The translations under genes were made by a program, and so were the position numbers. From positions 109,740,001-109,804,000 of the forward strand of contig OX597817.1 in assembly GCA_951406725.2 (NCBI GenBank): DNA of 64,000 nucleotides, in the 5' to 3' direction. Under the pieces are notes generated by a model that saw only the letters and a list, made by a program, of their open reading frames with translations, made no database searches and had not been told where the DNA came from. Origin of the DNA: Octopus vulgaris. Taxonomy: Eukaryota. This document shows positions 1 to 14,541 of the stretch, one piece after another. Every line of letters starts with the position of its first letter. Position 1 is the first letter of the stretch.

Positions 1-4
1 ATAT

Positions 5-299
5 ATCACGTGATCACGTGAACGACCAGGCGCTCAGATGTTGCTACACATCGCTGGTCACAATGTGCTTCCCATTGTTTTAGCCTTCAAATGACGCCAC
101 CCCGCTGGCTAAGCGAGCAGGCCAACAGAAGAAAGAGTGAAAGTTGTGGCGAAAGAGTACAGCAGGGATCGCCACCACCCCCTGCCGGATCCTCGTGGAG
201 CTTTAGGCGTTTTCGCTCAATAAACACACACAACGCCCGGTCTGGGAATCGAAACCGCGATCCTACGACCGCTGCGCTAACCACAGGGTCATTGCGCCT
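5..299 (-). mobile_element. tRNA-derived SINE (family D)
   Basis: Minus strand starts GGCGCAATGACCCTGTGGTTAG (A-box-like), then GGTTTCGATTCCC (B-box), then a non-coding body. The head abuts a (TA)n tract. Confidence 0.7.
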
Positions 300-325
300 A
301 TATATATATATATATATATATATAT

Positions 326-718
326 TACTCTTACTCTTTTACTCTTTTACTTGTTGCAGTCATTTGACTGCGGCCATGCTGGAGCACCACCCTTAGTCGA
401 GCAAATCGACCCCGGGACTCATTCTTTGTAAGCCCAGTACTTATTTTATCGTCGCTTTTGCCGAACCGCTAAGTGACGGGGACGTAAACACACCAGCATC
501 AGTTGTAAAGCAATGCTAGGGGGACAAACACACACACACATACATATATATATATACATATATACGACAGGCTTCTTTCAGTTTCCGTCTACCAAATCCA
601 CTCACAATGCATTGATCGGCCCGCGGCTATAGCAGAACACACTTGCCCAAGATGCCACGCAGTGGGACTGAACCCGGAACCATGTGGTTGGTAAGCAAGC
701 TACTTACCACACAGCCAC
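326..718 (-). mobile_element. tRNA-derived SINE family A (CORE-like, octopus OR2-like), near full length
   Basis: Reverse complement matches the copy at 23834-24235: GTGGCTGTGTGGTAAG head, GGTTCAGTCCC B-box, CORE-like CTTGGGCAAGTG, internal TA/TG tract, 3' end CCAGCATGGCCGCAGTCAAATGACTG plus (GTAAAAGA)n tail. Confidence 0.85.
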
Positions 719-744
719 ATATATATATATGCATTTATATATAG

Positions 745-1175
745 CAGGATCTCTAAACAGATGCTATATGGGGAGCTTGCTAATGGAAAGAGACCCTGGC
801 AGAAACTAAGGCTGCGGTGTAAGGACGGTGTCAAATCCTTATTAAAGGCCTATGATGTGCAGGAGGCTGACTGGGAGAGGAAATTCCTCTCATGTCTACA
901 GATGGAGGAAGCAGGTTAAGGAGGAGTTCGACACCTCCGACAGCTTTGAGAGAGCACCTATTCTGCATGAAGAATTTAAGCGTGCTGCTCGAAAGCGTAC
1001 TGCTAGTGAATAGGGAAAGCTTGGTTTGCAATGTTTGCAATGTATGCTTCCCAAGAGCAGCGGTCATTAGCCCCTAACGAAGCCACATATATGGCAAAAT
1101 ATATGTTAATCCTAGAGCGCACAATGTTCCTAAAGGTTAGTAATGGCCTTCCTCGGTCACGAGTGGACAGCCATC
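745..1175 (+). mobile_element. RTE-clade LINE, decayed 3' end
   Basis: Translates KQMLYGELANGKRPWQKLRLRCKDGVKSLLKAYDVQEADWE (RTE C-terminal KQxLYGEL..GKR..R.KD..K motif), then CNVCNVCFPRAAVIS (terminal Cys motif). Frameshifted. Confidence 0.75.
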
Positions 1176-1176
1176 A

Positions 1177-1630
1177 TGTATGTATGTATGTATGTATGTA
1201 TGTATGTATGTATGTATGTATGTATGTATGTATGTATGTAGCATGTATGTATGTATGTATGTATGTATGTATGTATGTATGTATGTATGTATGTATGCAT
1301 GTATGTATGTATGTATGTATGTATGTATGTATGCATGTATGTATGTATGTATGTATGTATGTATGTATGTATGTATGTATGTATGTATGTATGTATGTAT
1401 GCATGTATGTATGTATGTATGTATGTATGTATGTATGTATGTATGTATGTATCATGTATGTATGTATGTATGTATGTATGTATGTATGTATGTATGTATG
1501 TATGTATGTATGTATGTATGTATGTATGTATGTATGTATGTATGTATGTATGTATGTATGTATGTATGTATGTATGTATGTATGTATGTATGTATGTATG
1601 TATGTATGCATGTATGTATGTATGTATGTT
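1177..1630. repeat. (TATG)n microsatellite, about 450 bp
   Basis: Direct reading; a few TGCA/TCA interruptions. Confidence 0.98.
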
Positions 1631-1882
1631 TGTATGTTGTGTGTATGTATGCATTCATGCATGAATATATGTGTGCGTAAATATACATGTAATTATGAAT
1701 AAAATAATAAATTTTGACTGAATCAGTATAAATATCAAATGGTAATATTTAACACATTTTAAATGCAGATGTGTTATAACACAGAATACTGTGATAGCTG
1801 TTACCATGAGAGGGCCTCTTATTTGGTTTTGTGGTGCATTTAAGCACTCTAATTTAAATCACTAGCAGTAAACAAAAATGAA

Positions 1883-1959
<77 letters not shown>

Positions 1960-2638
1960 TTGTGCGTTCATGTATATATTATATAGAGATAGATAAGCCC
2001 ATACATGCATATAAACAGACACACGCATAAACATATGTAGGTTCCTGCTGAATGTTGAATTATCACTTCAGACTTTCCCAGTCTGACGTCTACGTCGGTC
2101 TAATATATCTCTATTAAAGAGAAAAATGTCGTCATAGATAGTATTGGCCTTTCCATGAATGCTGCGCATCGACCAATCAGCACTGGCCGACTTAGTTTGG
2201 TTGATGCAGCACTCTTCAAAGGATGTGTACGGATTTGCCCGGCAAACGTTTTTGCCGAAGATTTTATAAAGGTAGCTTACATTTATAAAAGCTGACATAT
2301 ACACATGTCTCAGTATTTTTAATGTAACATGCATTCTGTGATACTCAACAAAATGCAGCAACTTTAACTTGTAATAGCGAGTAATGCACATTAATTATAT
2401 GCAACGATTTAAATCCTTGCATTACTGTCATAATATTATATGGCAAGTTGTATTGCATAACATTCCCAACGGTTATGTTCGTTGAACGTTGCTTTATTAA
2501 TTTATTGCAAATATAAACAATGCAGATTGCTAACATATTTGAAAACTGAAATGTTAGTACGATCATTGTCTTCAAACGCAACCTAACCAACAGTAGGAAT
2601 AACAAACGAAAAATGTAAGACAACCCACCACACTGAAC

Positions 2639-2674
<36 letters not shown>

Positions 2675-2676
<2 letters not shown>

Positions 2677-2833
2677 GATTCTAGGTTCAGTCTCACTGTG
2701 TGAAACCTTGGACAAATGTCTTCTCCTATAGCCATGGCCCGACCAAAGCGTTATGAGTGGATTTGGAAGACAAAAACTAAAAGAAGCCCGTCGTGTGTGT
2801 GTCGTGTGCGCGCGTGTGTGTGTGTCTGTGTGT

Positions 2834-2898
<65 letters not shown>

Positions 2899-3005
2899 CG
2901 GTGTGTTTCCCTCCCCGTATCCTCGCGATTCGGCAAAAGAGAACGATAGCATAAGTACCATGCTTAATGAAAAATAAGTACTAAAGTCGGTTCATTCGAC
3001 TAAAA
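2675..3005 (+). mobile_element. SINE family A, truncated and diverged
   Basis: GGTTCAGTCTCACTGTGTGAAACCTTGGACAAATGTCTTCTCCTATAGCC ... (TG)n ... TTCGGCAAAAGAGAACGATAGCATAAGTACC, matching the other copies. Confidence 0.75.
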
Positions 3006-5426
3006 TATAGATAGATAGATAGATAGATAGATATTTATACATCATAAGTGTGTATATATAATATATATATATATATATCTGTGTGTGTGTGTGTGTGTGT
3101 GTGTGTATAACTATATACATGTGTATTTATATGTATGTTACATGTTTGTTATAGGATACATAAAAATAGATATTCATGCAGTGTGTGTAAATAAATAAAT
3201 AATATATACGTATATAAATTATATACATAAATGTGTGAGTGTGTGTCTCGAGAGTCCAAGAAGTGCCCTTGTAGTAATTTGTTGCGTCGATATAATTGCC
3301 ATTCAGCACAGAACCTACATTACATTGCACCAGCCATAACATCAATGGTACAACAGTAATTGAGACGACCAGAAACCAACTGCACTTCAGGTCTTCTTTT
3401 AAAACGAGTTTGCCTTCCCCTAAAAAGCAGTTTTAACGATAACTGGGAATACTTCAATCCCAGTGGCTCATATTCTAGTTAACCCATAGTTAGGATCCTA
3501 ACATGTTACTACTAAGTGTCAGAGTTAACCTGTGAACAATAGTGGCTAAGAGACGAGGCCATACTGCTGAAAACCTTACGATTTCCGTGCCAAGACTCCA
3601 CTACTAGATACAGTTTAAGTCATAACTGAGAAATACATATATATATATATATATATATATGGATCAAAACAGTTTGACTAGAATTCGTTGGAACTCTTGA
3701 GTTTCAAGCGTGATGCTAGTCGTCTGCCATTTTGAATTTGAATTAAAGAAGTTGATTGTTATTACCGTAAGGTGGGCTACGATTGGTCGAGATAAGTCAC
3801 GCGGTGTTGTGTTTTGATGTTGGTATGTAGATAAGAGTTAGCTGGATAATATCGCATGGTGAACAGGTCATTGACCACGTGAAGGAGAGGAAATAGATGA
3901 TGTGATCATTAGAAATCGGTCAGGTTGTTGGTATAGGAAGTAAGAAGGGGCGGTATCTGCAAGTATATAGTTCTTTATGTGGGTGTGTAGGCGCGCTCAT
4001 ATAGCTTTGCATCCATGTGTATATTGATGTGAATGTGCGCAACTGTATATGGTCGCATACACTCACACTTGGACGAACACACGTATACACACACACGCAC
4101 ACACACGCACACACACGCACACACATACACACGCGTACGCACACATGCACACACATACGCGCATATACACGCATGCGTATTCCTTCATGTATACATATGT
4201 GTATTCACATGTGTATTCGCACACTTAGATGCGAGTGCACATGTGCATTCGCACATGATCCATACATCTAACACCCAATAAATTGGTTGAGTGCCCTTCT
4301 TTTGTTTGTCCGTTCACTCGTATATATATATATATACATATAAGTGTATGTATATCTAGATGTATGTGTATGTATTCTTGTGTGTGTGTGTGTGTTTGTG
4401 CACATATACATGTATATACACATAGAGATGTTTGCATGTATATGTGTGTGTGTACGCGAGCAATTGCAGGCGTGTGTATTTCTCTCTAAGTTTGTTCAAG
4501 ATGGGATGTAGTCTTTTCATTTCTCATTTGTTAACTTTATTTCTTTTTCTATTCTTATATTTTTGATAATATGATACAGAGAACCAATTTGAGTTGATTG
4601 CTGTTGTCGTAGTAACACAAATATCGACGCATTATATTTATACTTAATATATACATTTCATTGTAACCTTTGATTAAAAGTACTTTTATTTTCTAATAGA
4701 GTATTGATTTTCTGTCTTAGCTTCACCGTAGACTTTTCGAACCTTATACTGCAATATCAACAACATCAACAATAAAACAAGCAGAAGGTTTTTAAAATAT
4801 AATTCATAGAAAAGTCCAAACTAAGCCTCTTTTATACCCTTTATCGTTCAGTTTTGAAAATATTTTTCTTTTCTCTTAACTGCGAGCGTGTGGGCGTCTA
4901 TATGTGTGTGTAAGCGTATGTATACTTTCATGTGCATCTATCTGTGTAATGTATGTATGAACGCTAGATTGACTATGTTATTGTATGTATTTTCATTGCT
5001 GTTGTTTGACCCTGTGTTAATCCTGTTGGGTAAAGGCATAACGAAAACTATGATCATTCATCCCTTCTATTCATCTTATGAATAAATTCCTCCGGTGTCT
5101 CTTTCCTATTTTAAGATAACTGGGTGTGTTTTTTTTGGGAGGGTCTCACAGTTATTTTCAAAAACGATGTAGTAGGTTCCCAAACTAGCTTGCTTCCACC
5201 TATGAATGTTTGTGTGGATATATACACGAGTGGATGTATGAAGGCTTAGTCAAATGGCTTGCACGCATATGGTCTCGATGGCTCCGAAACCCAATGTGTA
5301 GTGCCTCCTTTAAGTGTCTCTTCTTAAGTCAATCCTTGTAAATGAAAATTAATACACAGAAAATCAGTATTATAGATTATGCCTGTAGGTTTCAGTCAAA
5401 TAATGGTATCAGTTCGTTCCTCTCCC

Positions 5427-5728
<302 letters not shown>

Positions 5729-7028
5729 ACTTCTATTAAATAAGCATAGATTAGCAGTTCCTATTATATGTAGTCCATAATAAAATTTTCAATATTTTGA
5801 AGAAATAAATCTTAAATTTCGTGTAAATCTTATAAATATGGTAGCTTTTTTAATAGTGCACAAGTGTCAGAAATAAATCGGAACGCCAATATAACCGCTA
5901 GCAACTGAAAAATATATTTCGGTACAAGTAATAACAAATGATTTTTGAATTGAATGGTTTTCAGTTGTTTTTGTTGTTCCCGCAATAATTATTGTAGTTC
6001 TTGCTAAGATTTATTTTTCTTTCAGCTCTTTTTCTCTTTTATAAAAGTTGATCTTCTTTGTTTCAAATATTGTCGACATTTTCAGTAAGTATTTACTAGA
6101 CATGGTGTACTCATTCTAAATGCATGACTTATTGTATACGTCGTAACTCAACAAGTATTTGCACCACAAATTCAAATATTGTTCCTGATATTTAAGTTTG
6201 TACGTCTAGAAAAATCTTTAAAAAAACGAAGCATTATAGGATTCAAGTGATGTGAAATGTAGATTCTTTTTTGTGTCACGTAATTTTATTGACCGCATAA
6301 GAAAAACGATGCCATCTTAAAATTAAAACACAAATGGAAAGCACAGGAGACTTGTACGCGAACAGCAAAAGATATAAGCTCTAACAAATTAATAATCTTT
6401 CCTTCTAGCTTTTTGGTTGCCGGGGTTGATCGTCAATTGATCTAAAATCTACTTTGATTAGTCTTTTCTGGACTTTTTTTTTATCTTATGAAAGTTATAT
6501 TGGAGACTGCTACGAAGCAAAGGAGCCAAGTGCTGAAATACGAAATTGAAAAAGAATGTACTATTAACTGAAAGTTTATCGATTTTCATTAAGAGCTCAC
6601 TGCACTTATTTTGCTTTAAAAAAAATAGATAAATTACCATCCTTTCGGCGTTGTTTAATTGAATTATCAGCTTAGAATTATAATCAGCCATGTGAAGCAA
6701 TCTCATGAGGACCAAGTCCTTTCTTATTTTTCATAGTATATTTACTTTTTGAATCACCTTGGTAATTAGTAATTATTAAAACTTACAATTCACATATGTC
6801 GAAAACTGTAGAACGAATCATAAAATCTGACAGGTGCCTATCATAAATTTCACTATCCATAATTTAGTTGAGGTAGTAGTAAATATTCTGTTGACGTCAT
6901 GAACGAAGATAAAATAATTCATAATTTAAAAAAAGAATTCCGTTCTAGTTGTTCCTGATCCCGCTTTCCCAATTTCTCTTTAGCCTTGCTAGGGGTTGAA
7001 GTAGGATTTGGAATGAAGACAGACCTAC

Positions 7029-7101
<73 letters not shown>

Positions 7102-7117
7102 CATGTATGTGTGTGTA

Positions 7118-7182
<65 letters not shown>

Positions 7183-7224
7183 GAAAGAATGGTGTCAAAC
7201 GAAGATGTTAACAAAATTAATTTA

Positions 7225-7306
7225 CTCTCGACATATGTTTCGAAGACCACATGGTTTCATTCCAAAGGAATAAAGGGTGTATGATGCAATCTTCTGATCA
7301 GGAAAG
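7225..7306 (-). ncRNA. type I hammerhead ribozyme motif with one core substitution (G8C)
   Basis: Minus strand: CUUUC-CUGAUCA-GAAGAUUGCAU...AUGUGGUCUUC-GAAA-CAUAUG-UC-GAGAG. Stem I 5 bp, stem II 11 bp (with GU pairs), palindromic stem III, GUC cleavage triplet. Confidence 0.7.
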
Positions 7307-7832
7307 AAAGTGAGCCTCTCTCGGCAACAAGACAAACAAAAATTTCGATGACTGCCTACATGGTAAACACAACGACAATAAGTGATTTTTTAAAACAACC
7401 GTTAAAGTTTTTTAACCACTAACATTTCATTTAGCATTCTTCCTATTATTCCCTTCAGGTATTCTTTGGCACGAGCTTCTCATCTTCTCTTTTATATAAT
7501 TCACTAAATACAACATACTTTGATAACCTAAGTCAGTATACGCACCTGCGTTATAATGGTAATTACTTTAAGAAAGATATTCAAACCACCTCATCTTATT
7601 TATCTTCCATAAAAAGTATATATTGTGATTATCATTATAACAAAAGATATTGTTTTCATATGCTCCGCCTCTCGTTGCCAAAAAGAATTAAATCGTTTAT
7701 TGAAATTTTTGACTTCATTCTTTGTAGATTCAAATATCAATTTTTGATATTTCTCTTCGAATAATTTAAAAGTATATTTTATAAATCGATTTGCTCGTTG
7801 CGCTATTATTAAATCAAACCCCAGTAGACATA

Positions 7833-7896
<64 letters not shown>

Positions 7897-8561
7897 TGTG
7901 TGTCTATGTGCGCGCGCGTGTGTGTGTGCGCGCGCGTGTGTGTGTGTGCGCGCGTGTGTGTGTGTGTGTGGTAGCTGAAAATTTCCCAATTGAAAATTAT
8001 CAAAATATTTAATCTTTCAAAACAAAAATTAGTTATATAATATTGAACAAAATTTTGTTTTTTTCCCCCTCGAATGATCTTCCAATATTGAAACCTTATT
8101 ATTGTGTAAGCGTAGTTTCTTTATATATTTCCAAACGTTCAAATAGACGGAGTATATTCTTTTCTCGTAAATAACTTTTCAATTTTTTTGTTTCTTCTGT
8201 TATCATAAAAAACGTAACTAGTATAATTATCAATCAATATCTATTATTTATTTTATACGTTGAAATTTTGGCCGGAGTCTAATGATTGAAACGAGTACAA
8301 GATAAATTGTAAAATTGTAAAAGATTATGCGCTTGCTAATTTACTAGTAATTAAACAAAATATATTTATATAGAACTTCTGTTTTCTTTCAAAGCAAGAG
8401 ATTCACATTCTTCTTCATTAATAGCCCAGTTATTTCATGCTGTTAATGTGAATATTGAATCAATACTGATCCTACTGCAGAATACTGAGTTTATCTTATG
8501 GTAGAAACCCATGCTTTTGCACTACTGCAACTACTGCAAGGAATTTTACTCAGTTAATATA

Positions 8562-9271
8562 CAATAGCGGCCATAATATAAGGGTCAGTAAGAACAAGTG
8601 TATTGAAGATGCTGGTCCTGGTCCTCTTATTTGCCGACAAGGGACTGTCACTGCTGAAATCTACAAGCAGATTTTTAGTCAGTATGCCCTTCCACATCTC
8701 CGATCCTTGTTCAACCTCCTATCTTCGTGAAGAACAACGCTCCCTTTCACACTGAGAAGAGAGTCAAAGATTTTTTGATTGATGAAAGGGTTGATCGTAT
8801 GAACTGTTCACCTCAGTGTCCTGATCCCAACCCTATAGAAAACGTTTCGAAGATTATTGGAGATAGGGCGCGAAGGAGAAAGCCAAAGAACCAAGATGAA
8901 CTCTTGGAATTATTGAAAAACGAATAGAACAATATTACTCTACCATTTTGCAAGGAATTGATTCAGTCCTGTTGTAACAGATATCAGGAGGTCATTGACA
9001 TTAAAGGGGTGTTTGCAAAATAATAATAGTAAGGGTTTCTTTTTTGTTCTTGTTCCATTTTTCATTGTTTTTCTAAGTGGGCCGTTACAGTTTGGAAGAT
9101 TATTTGTTTATTTCCTTATAACTTACGAAATATTTATTCTATTCACTTGAAATTTTCACGAAAGATAGTTAAATATGTGTAAAATATCTAATCTCAACAT
9201 TTTGTTAATCTTCTATAATAAATACTTCAATACACTTGTTCTTACTGATCCTGATATTATGGCCGCTACTG
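8562..9271 (+). mobile_element. Tc1 (DD34E) transposon, internally deleted
   Basis: 47-bp TIRs (8562-8608 and 9225-9271) flanked by TA. The interior encodes only the transposase C-terminus (KNNAPFHT...SPQCPDPNPIENV), with 34 residues between the mutated second D and E. Confidence 0.9.
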
Positions 9272-9377
9272 TATCTCGTAATAAGACAGCAAGGTGAATG
9301 ATTAGCGTATCCACTGAAATATACTCAGAAATAACGTACTATTTCTAAATATTTTCTAATATCTACTACTGTTATCT

Positions 9378-9546
9378 AAAATGCTTAGCGGCATTTCGTC
9401 CGTATTTACGTCCTGAACTCAAATTCTGTCCTTGCCTTTCATCCTTTCAGAGTCGATAAAATAAATACTAGTTGAGTACTGGGGTCAACGTAATCGACTT
9501 GTCCCTTACCCCGGGATTGTTGGTCTTGTGCTAAAACTTGGAAACA
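9378..9546 (+). mobile_element. SINE family B, 5'-truncated
   Basis: AAATGCTTAGCGGCATTTCGTCCG...GCCTTTCATCCTTTCAGAGTCGATAAAATAAATACTAG, matching copies at 20799, 33655 and 58530. Confidence 0.8.
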
Positions 9547-9569
9547 ATATTTACTACAACTACGCAATG

Positions 9570-9960
9570 CTCTTCGTTCAAACACTTCTAAAGTGGTATT
9601 TGGTAATACACTGAAGGTGACTTTATTTTAATCCCAAAATGCCCATCCGGCATTTTCTCGTCTCAAATTCATAGACATGCTACCCCTTCTGTTGGATTTT
9701 TCAACCTCCTTTACTATGATCTCAGTTCTTCTGATTTCGTCTCGTGCCTCACTCATTTAGACACCCATATTCACTTGTCTCGCCTTCTTTTGTAACCTAT
9801 ATTGCGTCATCCATCATCCTAGACCCCACACCAGATGAAACGTTCATTTCTTCCTCCCGTGATCTTTACTCTATAGAATTTCCTCTCTGTCCATATTTAC
9901 CAACTTGCAACAGTTTAAAAGGAACATTAACCACATATATCACACCATTCTAGTATGGCT
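9570..9960 (+). mobile_element. CR1-group LINE 3' remnant, highly decayed
   Basis: Ends in LQQFKRNINHI, matching DLQYFKRNINV at the 3' end of the CR1-like element at 60730-61465. Confidence 0.5.
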
Positions 9961-11757
9961 TGGGAAGGCATCCCCATTCACTCATTCAGGCAAAACTAAT
10001 AATAAAACCTGCACAGACCGCCCTCACTTATTCAAATGAAACTAATAAAAGAAAACAATTGCATGTACCCACTTTCATATAAATATTGGCTTCCTATTTA
10101 ATGGAAAGGAATCAATATCAATATATTTCTCTCAAGCACCTGCTTCCTAGAATATCATTCTCAGCTCTAATTCACAGGTAAATATCAAATAACTTTCATA
10201 TGTTTTATTTTCCTTTCTAATCTAAACGTTTTTGAATATATATCGCTTTGTATTTTTTTGGTATTTTGCTTTTTTTTTCATACACACTTTTTGGGGGAAC
10301 ATTAGTTAACCAGCATCATAAATATGAAATTATACCAAAAATGTAATGTGTATATATATTAAAGCACATACAATTATGTTTCACGATAATGTTTAATTCT
10401 CCACATTATGCTGGACAACACAGTTGAAGATCAAATAGTCTTAGAACAAACATTATACATTAATGTTGAAATAAAACACGCATACAAAACGTACGTAACT
10501 TCACTGGCATGGTTACGTACTATAACATGTGACTACACAAAGGTTTCGGATAAATGACACTGAATAAAAGTGAACCATTTAGAGTAGAATGCATCATACT
10601 ATTGCTTAAAGATATCGATGATTTACACTGGCACGGGTTCAATTTAAGGAACAACTGTATTGAAAAGTAAAAACATATATATGATAAAGACGAAGCTCAA
10701 GACTCAGGCGAATGTATCCAAAAATCTTCTTATAATTCCTAAGTTTGCTAATGGCTCCAGACCAAAGATCACTATCCACAGTATGTAACATCACATAGAT
10801 TATAGACTTCTTTTCTTTTCACATAATATTTGGCTTATATCGATTTGGGTCATTATTAGTCTCGCGCATTATATACCAGAAGGATATTAACAGAATGAAT
10901 CCCTCTCACGACCCTGCCGGGCAACATCTCTTTGATATTTACCTCTGTTTAAGGAATTTGCCTCATTCGCCACACAAGACCAGCAGATTGGTGAGGCTGC
11001 ATATTTTAGGCAAGTTGGCGGATTTTTATTCAGAATACTGGGTTCCAGAAGAAATACCGCAAAGCATATTTAGTGTATTACTTGCAGCTATTTTATTTCA
11101 GGCAACCATAAAATAAAGATAAACTGATTTTATTGTGACTTGAATTCCGAAACAAAAGAAATCCAGTTGCATATAATCGAACATAGAGTCCAGTTTTCTG
11201 TTATCATGACAGCAACAGCCATGAACCTAAAAAACGAGAGAGAGAGAAAGGTGTAGAACATGATGTTAGGCAGGAATGTATCCATTAAAAATTAGATGTT
11301 GTCATAGAAATCATGCAGTTGCATTCGTTTCAATTCCGATATAAAAGGGCTACAAGTGACAATCTGTCAATTAATCTTCGCAATTCTGGCACTTTAGTTT
11401 AGGATTTGCAGATAAATTAGATTGAAATCGTGTGTGATATGATGGCTCATATGCTATTGTGACATCTTTTGTAATTGAATAACCACTAATTGTCTCAAGG
11501 TAACTTTGCTGCCCAGTTACAATATTCTCAATATGTTTTCAGGTTATTAAAAGAATATCGTGGAGCGAACGCGTACATAAACACATATATATCACGCACG
11601 CATATGTACCTGACGTGTGTGTCTCAGAAACTGATTGTGTATGTGTGTGTTTGTGCGTGTGAAACTAATTGTATGCGTGTGTGCGTGTATATATATATAT
11701 ATATATATATACATATATGTGCGTGTGTGTGTGTGTATATACATACATACATACATG

Positions 11758-11813
<56 letters not shown>

Positions 11814-11863
11814 TATATACATATATACATATATAGATACATAAACATATATGCATATATATA

Positions 11864-11895
<32 letters not shown>

Positions 11896-13361
11896 AATAT
11901 AGAAAGCATAATACTAGTCTCATATATCAGCACAAGGCTAGAAATTCTAAAGGATTATATCTTATATCGACAACATTCTCTACTAGTATTTACTTTATCA
12001 CCTCTTCAGTATTTGAAATCAGTACTTAAAGAACTGTTACTAATCGCCTAACAGAAAACATTTAGTCTGCAAATCTATATCTTTTGCGAGATACCTGAAT
12101 ACTAGTCAGTAACTCTAAATCCGAGGTTCTTTCTCAAATCTTTATCGTTAAATACGTATTTCGCACGTATTATATAATGTTTATTTGAAACAGTTGTACA
12201 ACAATTCTTACGTTTACTGATTTTAATTCCATTTTAATTCCATTGAGCCCAATAACCCATTTCCTTGAATTTTTATGTACAAATATACGTTCCATAGATA
12301 GTGAAAGTAATATTGGTCGAACCCGCTTATTATTCAATATTTTAGAAATTGCACCCAAGTTATCATTGTTCCTCTGTATTTTATCCCATTTCCTCTGGTT
12401 GCTTCGAAAAACCTAGTTAGTTTTTTTTTATATTTCATTTCAATTTAACACTTAGTACCTAATTACACTGGAAGTCATAATTAATCTTAACATTCAAGCT
12501 AATTTCAATGAATTTAATCCTTCAGTACATTTTCAATTATCTCGTCAATAATTTCCTTCTCCTTCAGCCACAATGCGCTTTACCGACTAACACTCTTTCT
12601 AAAATTCTGTTTAAGTTTTAAAATTAGTTAAATTTACTTCCTTTTCATTTCATTTATTTCATTGCTATTGTTTTTCTCTTTTCCCGTACTTCAAAACATT
12701 TCCTTGTAAAAGAGTCAATTCAAGCTGAGAACATACCTAAAACGAATCTTCTACCATGCAGCTGCTTCAATTTTAACATACCCTCTTAAATAAAGTCACC
12801 TGTGAAATAAGCGCACTTCTGAAATTAGACATTTCACACATATTAACAGGCACATATTACATTCATTAAAATACTGAGAAATCAAAAACATCGGCAATGA
12901 AGAAAAGTTATACAGGAAGTACTGAATAAATAAATAAAGGAAAATAAAGAAGTGGCGATGCGTACCCAGCGTGCTGATAAATTTTTTCACACATTATAGT
13001 ATGGCTTACAATGCCTTGCTTACCCATGCTTTTAACTGAACTGATATAAGCTTTGTAAGTTCGATTTTGTTTAGTTTTTTTAAGCATCACCATTATAGGT
13101 ATTTATACACCGGTGAAATTAAGAAATCAACTCGTAAATAAACGAAACACTAGAACCCATCATTGTACACACACAAATACACAGTCGCATATCTATGTAT
13201 GTATGTTTGAAGATAATCTAATGAAACCAAATTTTCATCATTTCGAGCCATTCACCCAATGAGCGTTTTCCAATAATTTTGCAAACACACAAACAAAGAC
13301 GAGTGATTACAATACCCTGCTTTCACTTACGTCCTGGGTAATAAATAAACTGTACGTATTA

Positions 13362-13363
<2 letters not shown>

Positions 13364-13439
<76 letters not shown>

Positions 13440-13458
13440 CATTATTATTATTATTATT
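13364..13458. repeat. (ATT)n microsatellite
   Basis: Direct reading. Confidence 0.97.
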
Positions 13459-14350
13459 CATGTTACTTGTTTTTATATACCTATGACGGGATGATTCCTC
13501 TTGTCGTATGATGTTCGGATACATTCTTATTACTCTGAAATGTAAAAACTACAACTCAGTGATAGCATTGCAAATTTATTGTAGCACTACTACTGGCTCT
13601 TGACTTGCAGCCCACACTCAACCAAAATTATGCATTACAAATGTCTTGAGAAGTATTCAGAAAAATAAATTGTTGCAGTCCTTCCTTGATGTACCTTGTA
13701 CGGATTCAACCTGTACACAAACGTTTATTGCTTCTTACATCTCAAACATAATTATAGCTTTGGATTTTATTTCAGTTCCCAAACTCCTCTCTCTATAGAT
13801 GTATTACAACTATAGCTGATAAATTGCTTAGCTCTGCAATATAAAAGACGTGAATACAACGTAAAACATGAAACAAATCACTCGATAAATACACTTAGAT
13901 ACTTCTATCAAAGTATTTTTCTCCCTTTTATATATTCGTTTGCTTAGTTCACTTTTTTTAGTTTTCACTTGATCTTCACTATGATATACTCAAAACCAAA
14001 TACATATATAATTTAAACTGTTTCAGTAGACCAGTCTGGATATTTTAAAGGGGTCCCTAAATATTGGTGGAAGTCGATATTCCAATCATAAATTGTATTT
14101 CCAGATTTCCATTTCTAAATAAACGTAACTAAATATATCCGAATTTTCATCAAAAGAAATATATTTTAAAACTTTTATGCACAAAGTCATACATTTATAT
14201 TCAATCGGCACTAGTATTTGTTTCACAATTATATATTGGAAAGATATAAAGCAAAGTTGAGTCCTATTTAGCAAAACATTTAATCAGGCATCTATTCTTC
14301 TCCTAATTCACCGCCATACTTATATATTCTATGATTAATTGTTGTGAAAG

Positions 14351-14386
<36 letters not shown>

Positions 14387-14541
14387 AAATTCAAAATGCG
14401 ATAAAATAAAATAATTATTATCGCTGGTGTTTCTAGCACGGCCATATATTTTTCATATATAGTACATTAAAGGCGAAGTATGTACTAGAAACACAGAAGC
14501 TTGATAAATTTAGTGAAATGAAGATAAAAATAACTCTGTTC

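Noticed and set aside
1031-1702. 223-aa ORF and the many other YI/HT/CV/MYVC-repeat ORFs in the track
   Set aside because: They are translations of (TATG)n, (TA)n, (CA)n and triplet microsatellites, which lack stops in some frames.
10895-11116. 73-aa ATG-initiated ORF in non-repetitive DNA
   Set aside because: No recognisable motif or splice context; length is within chance expectation.
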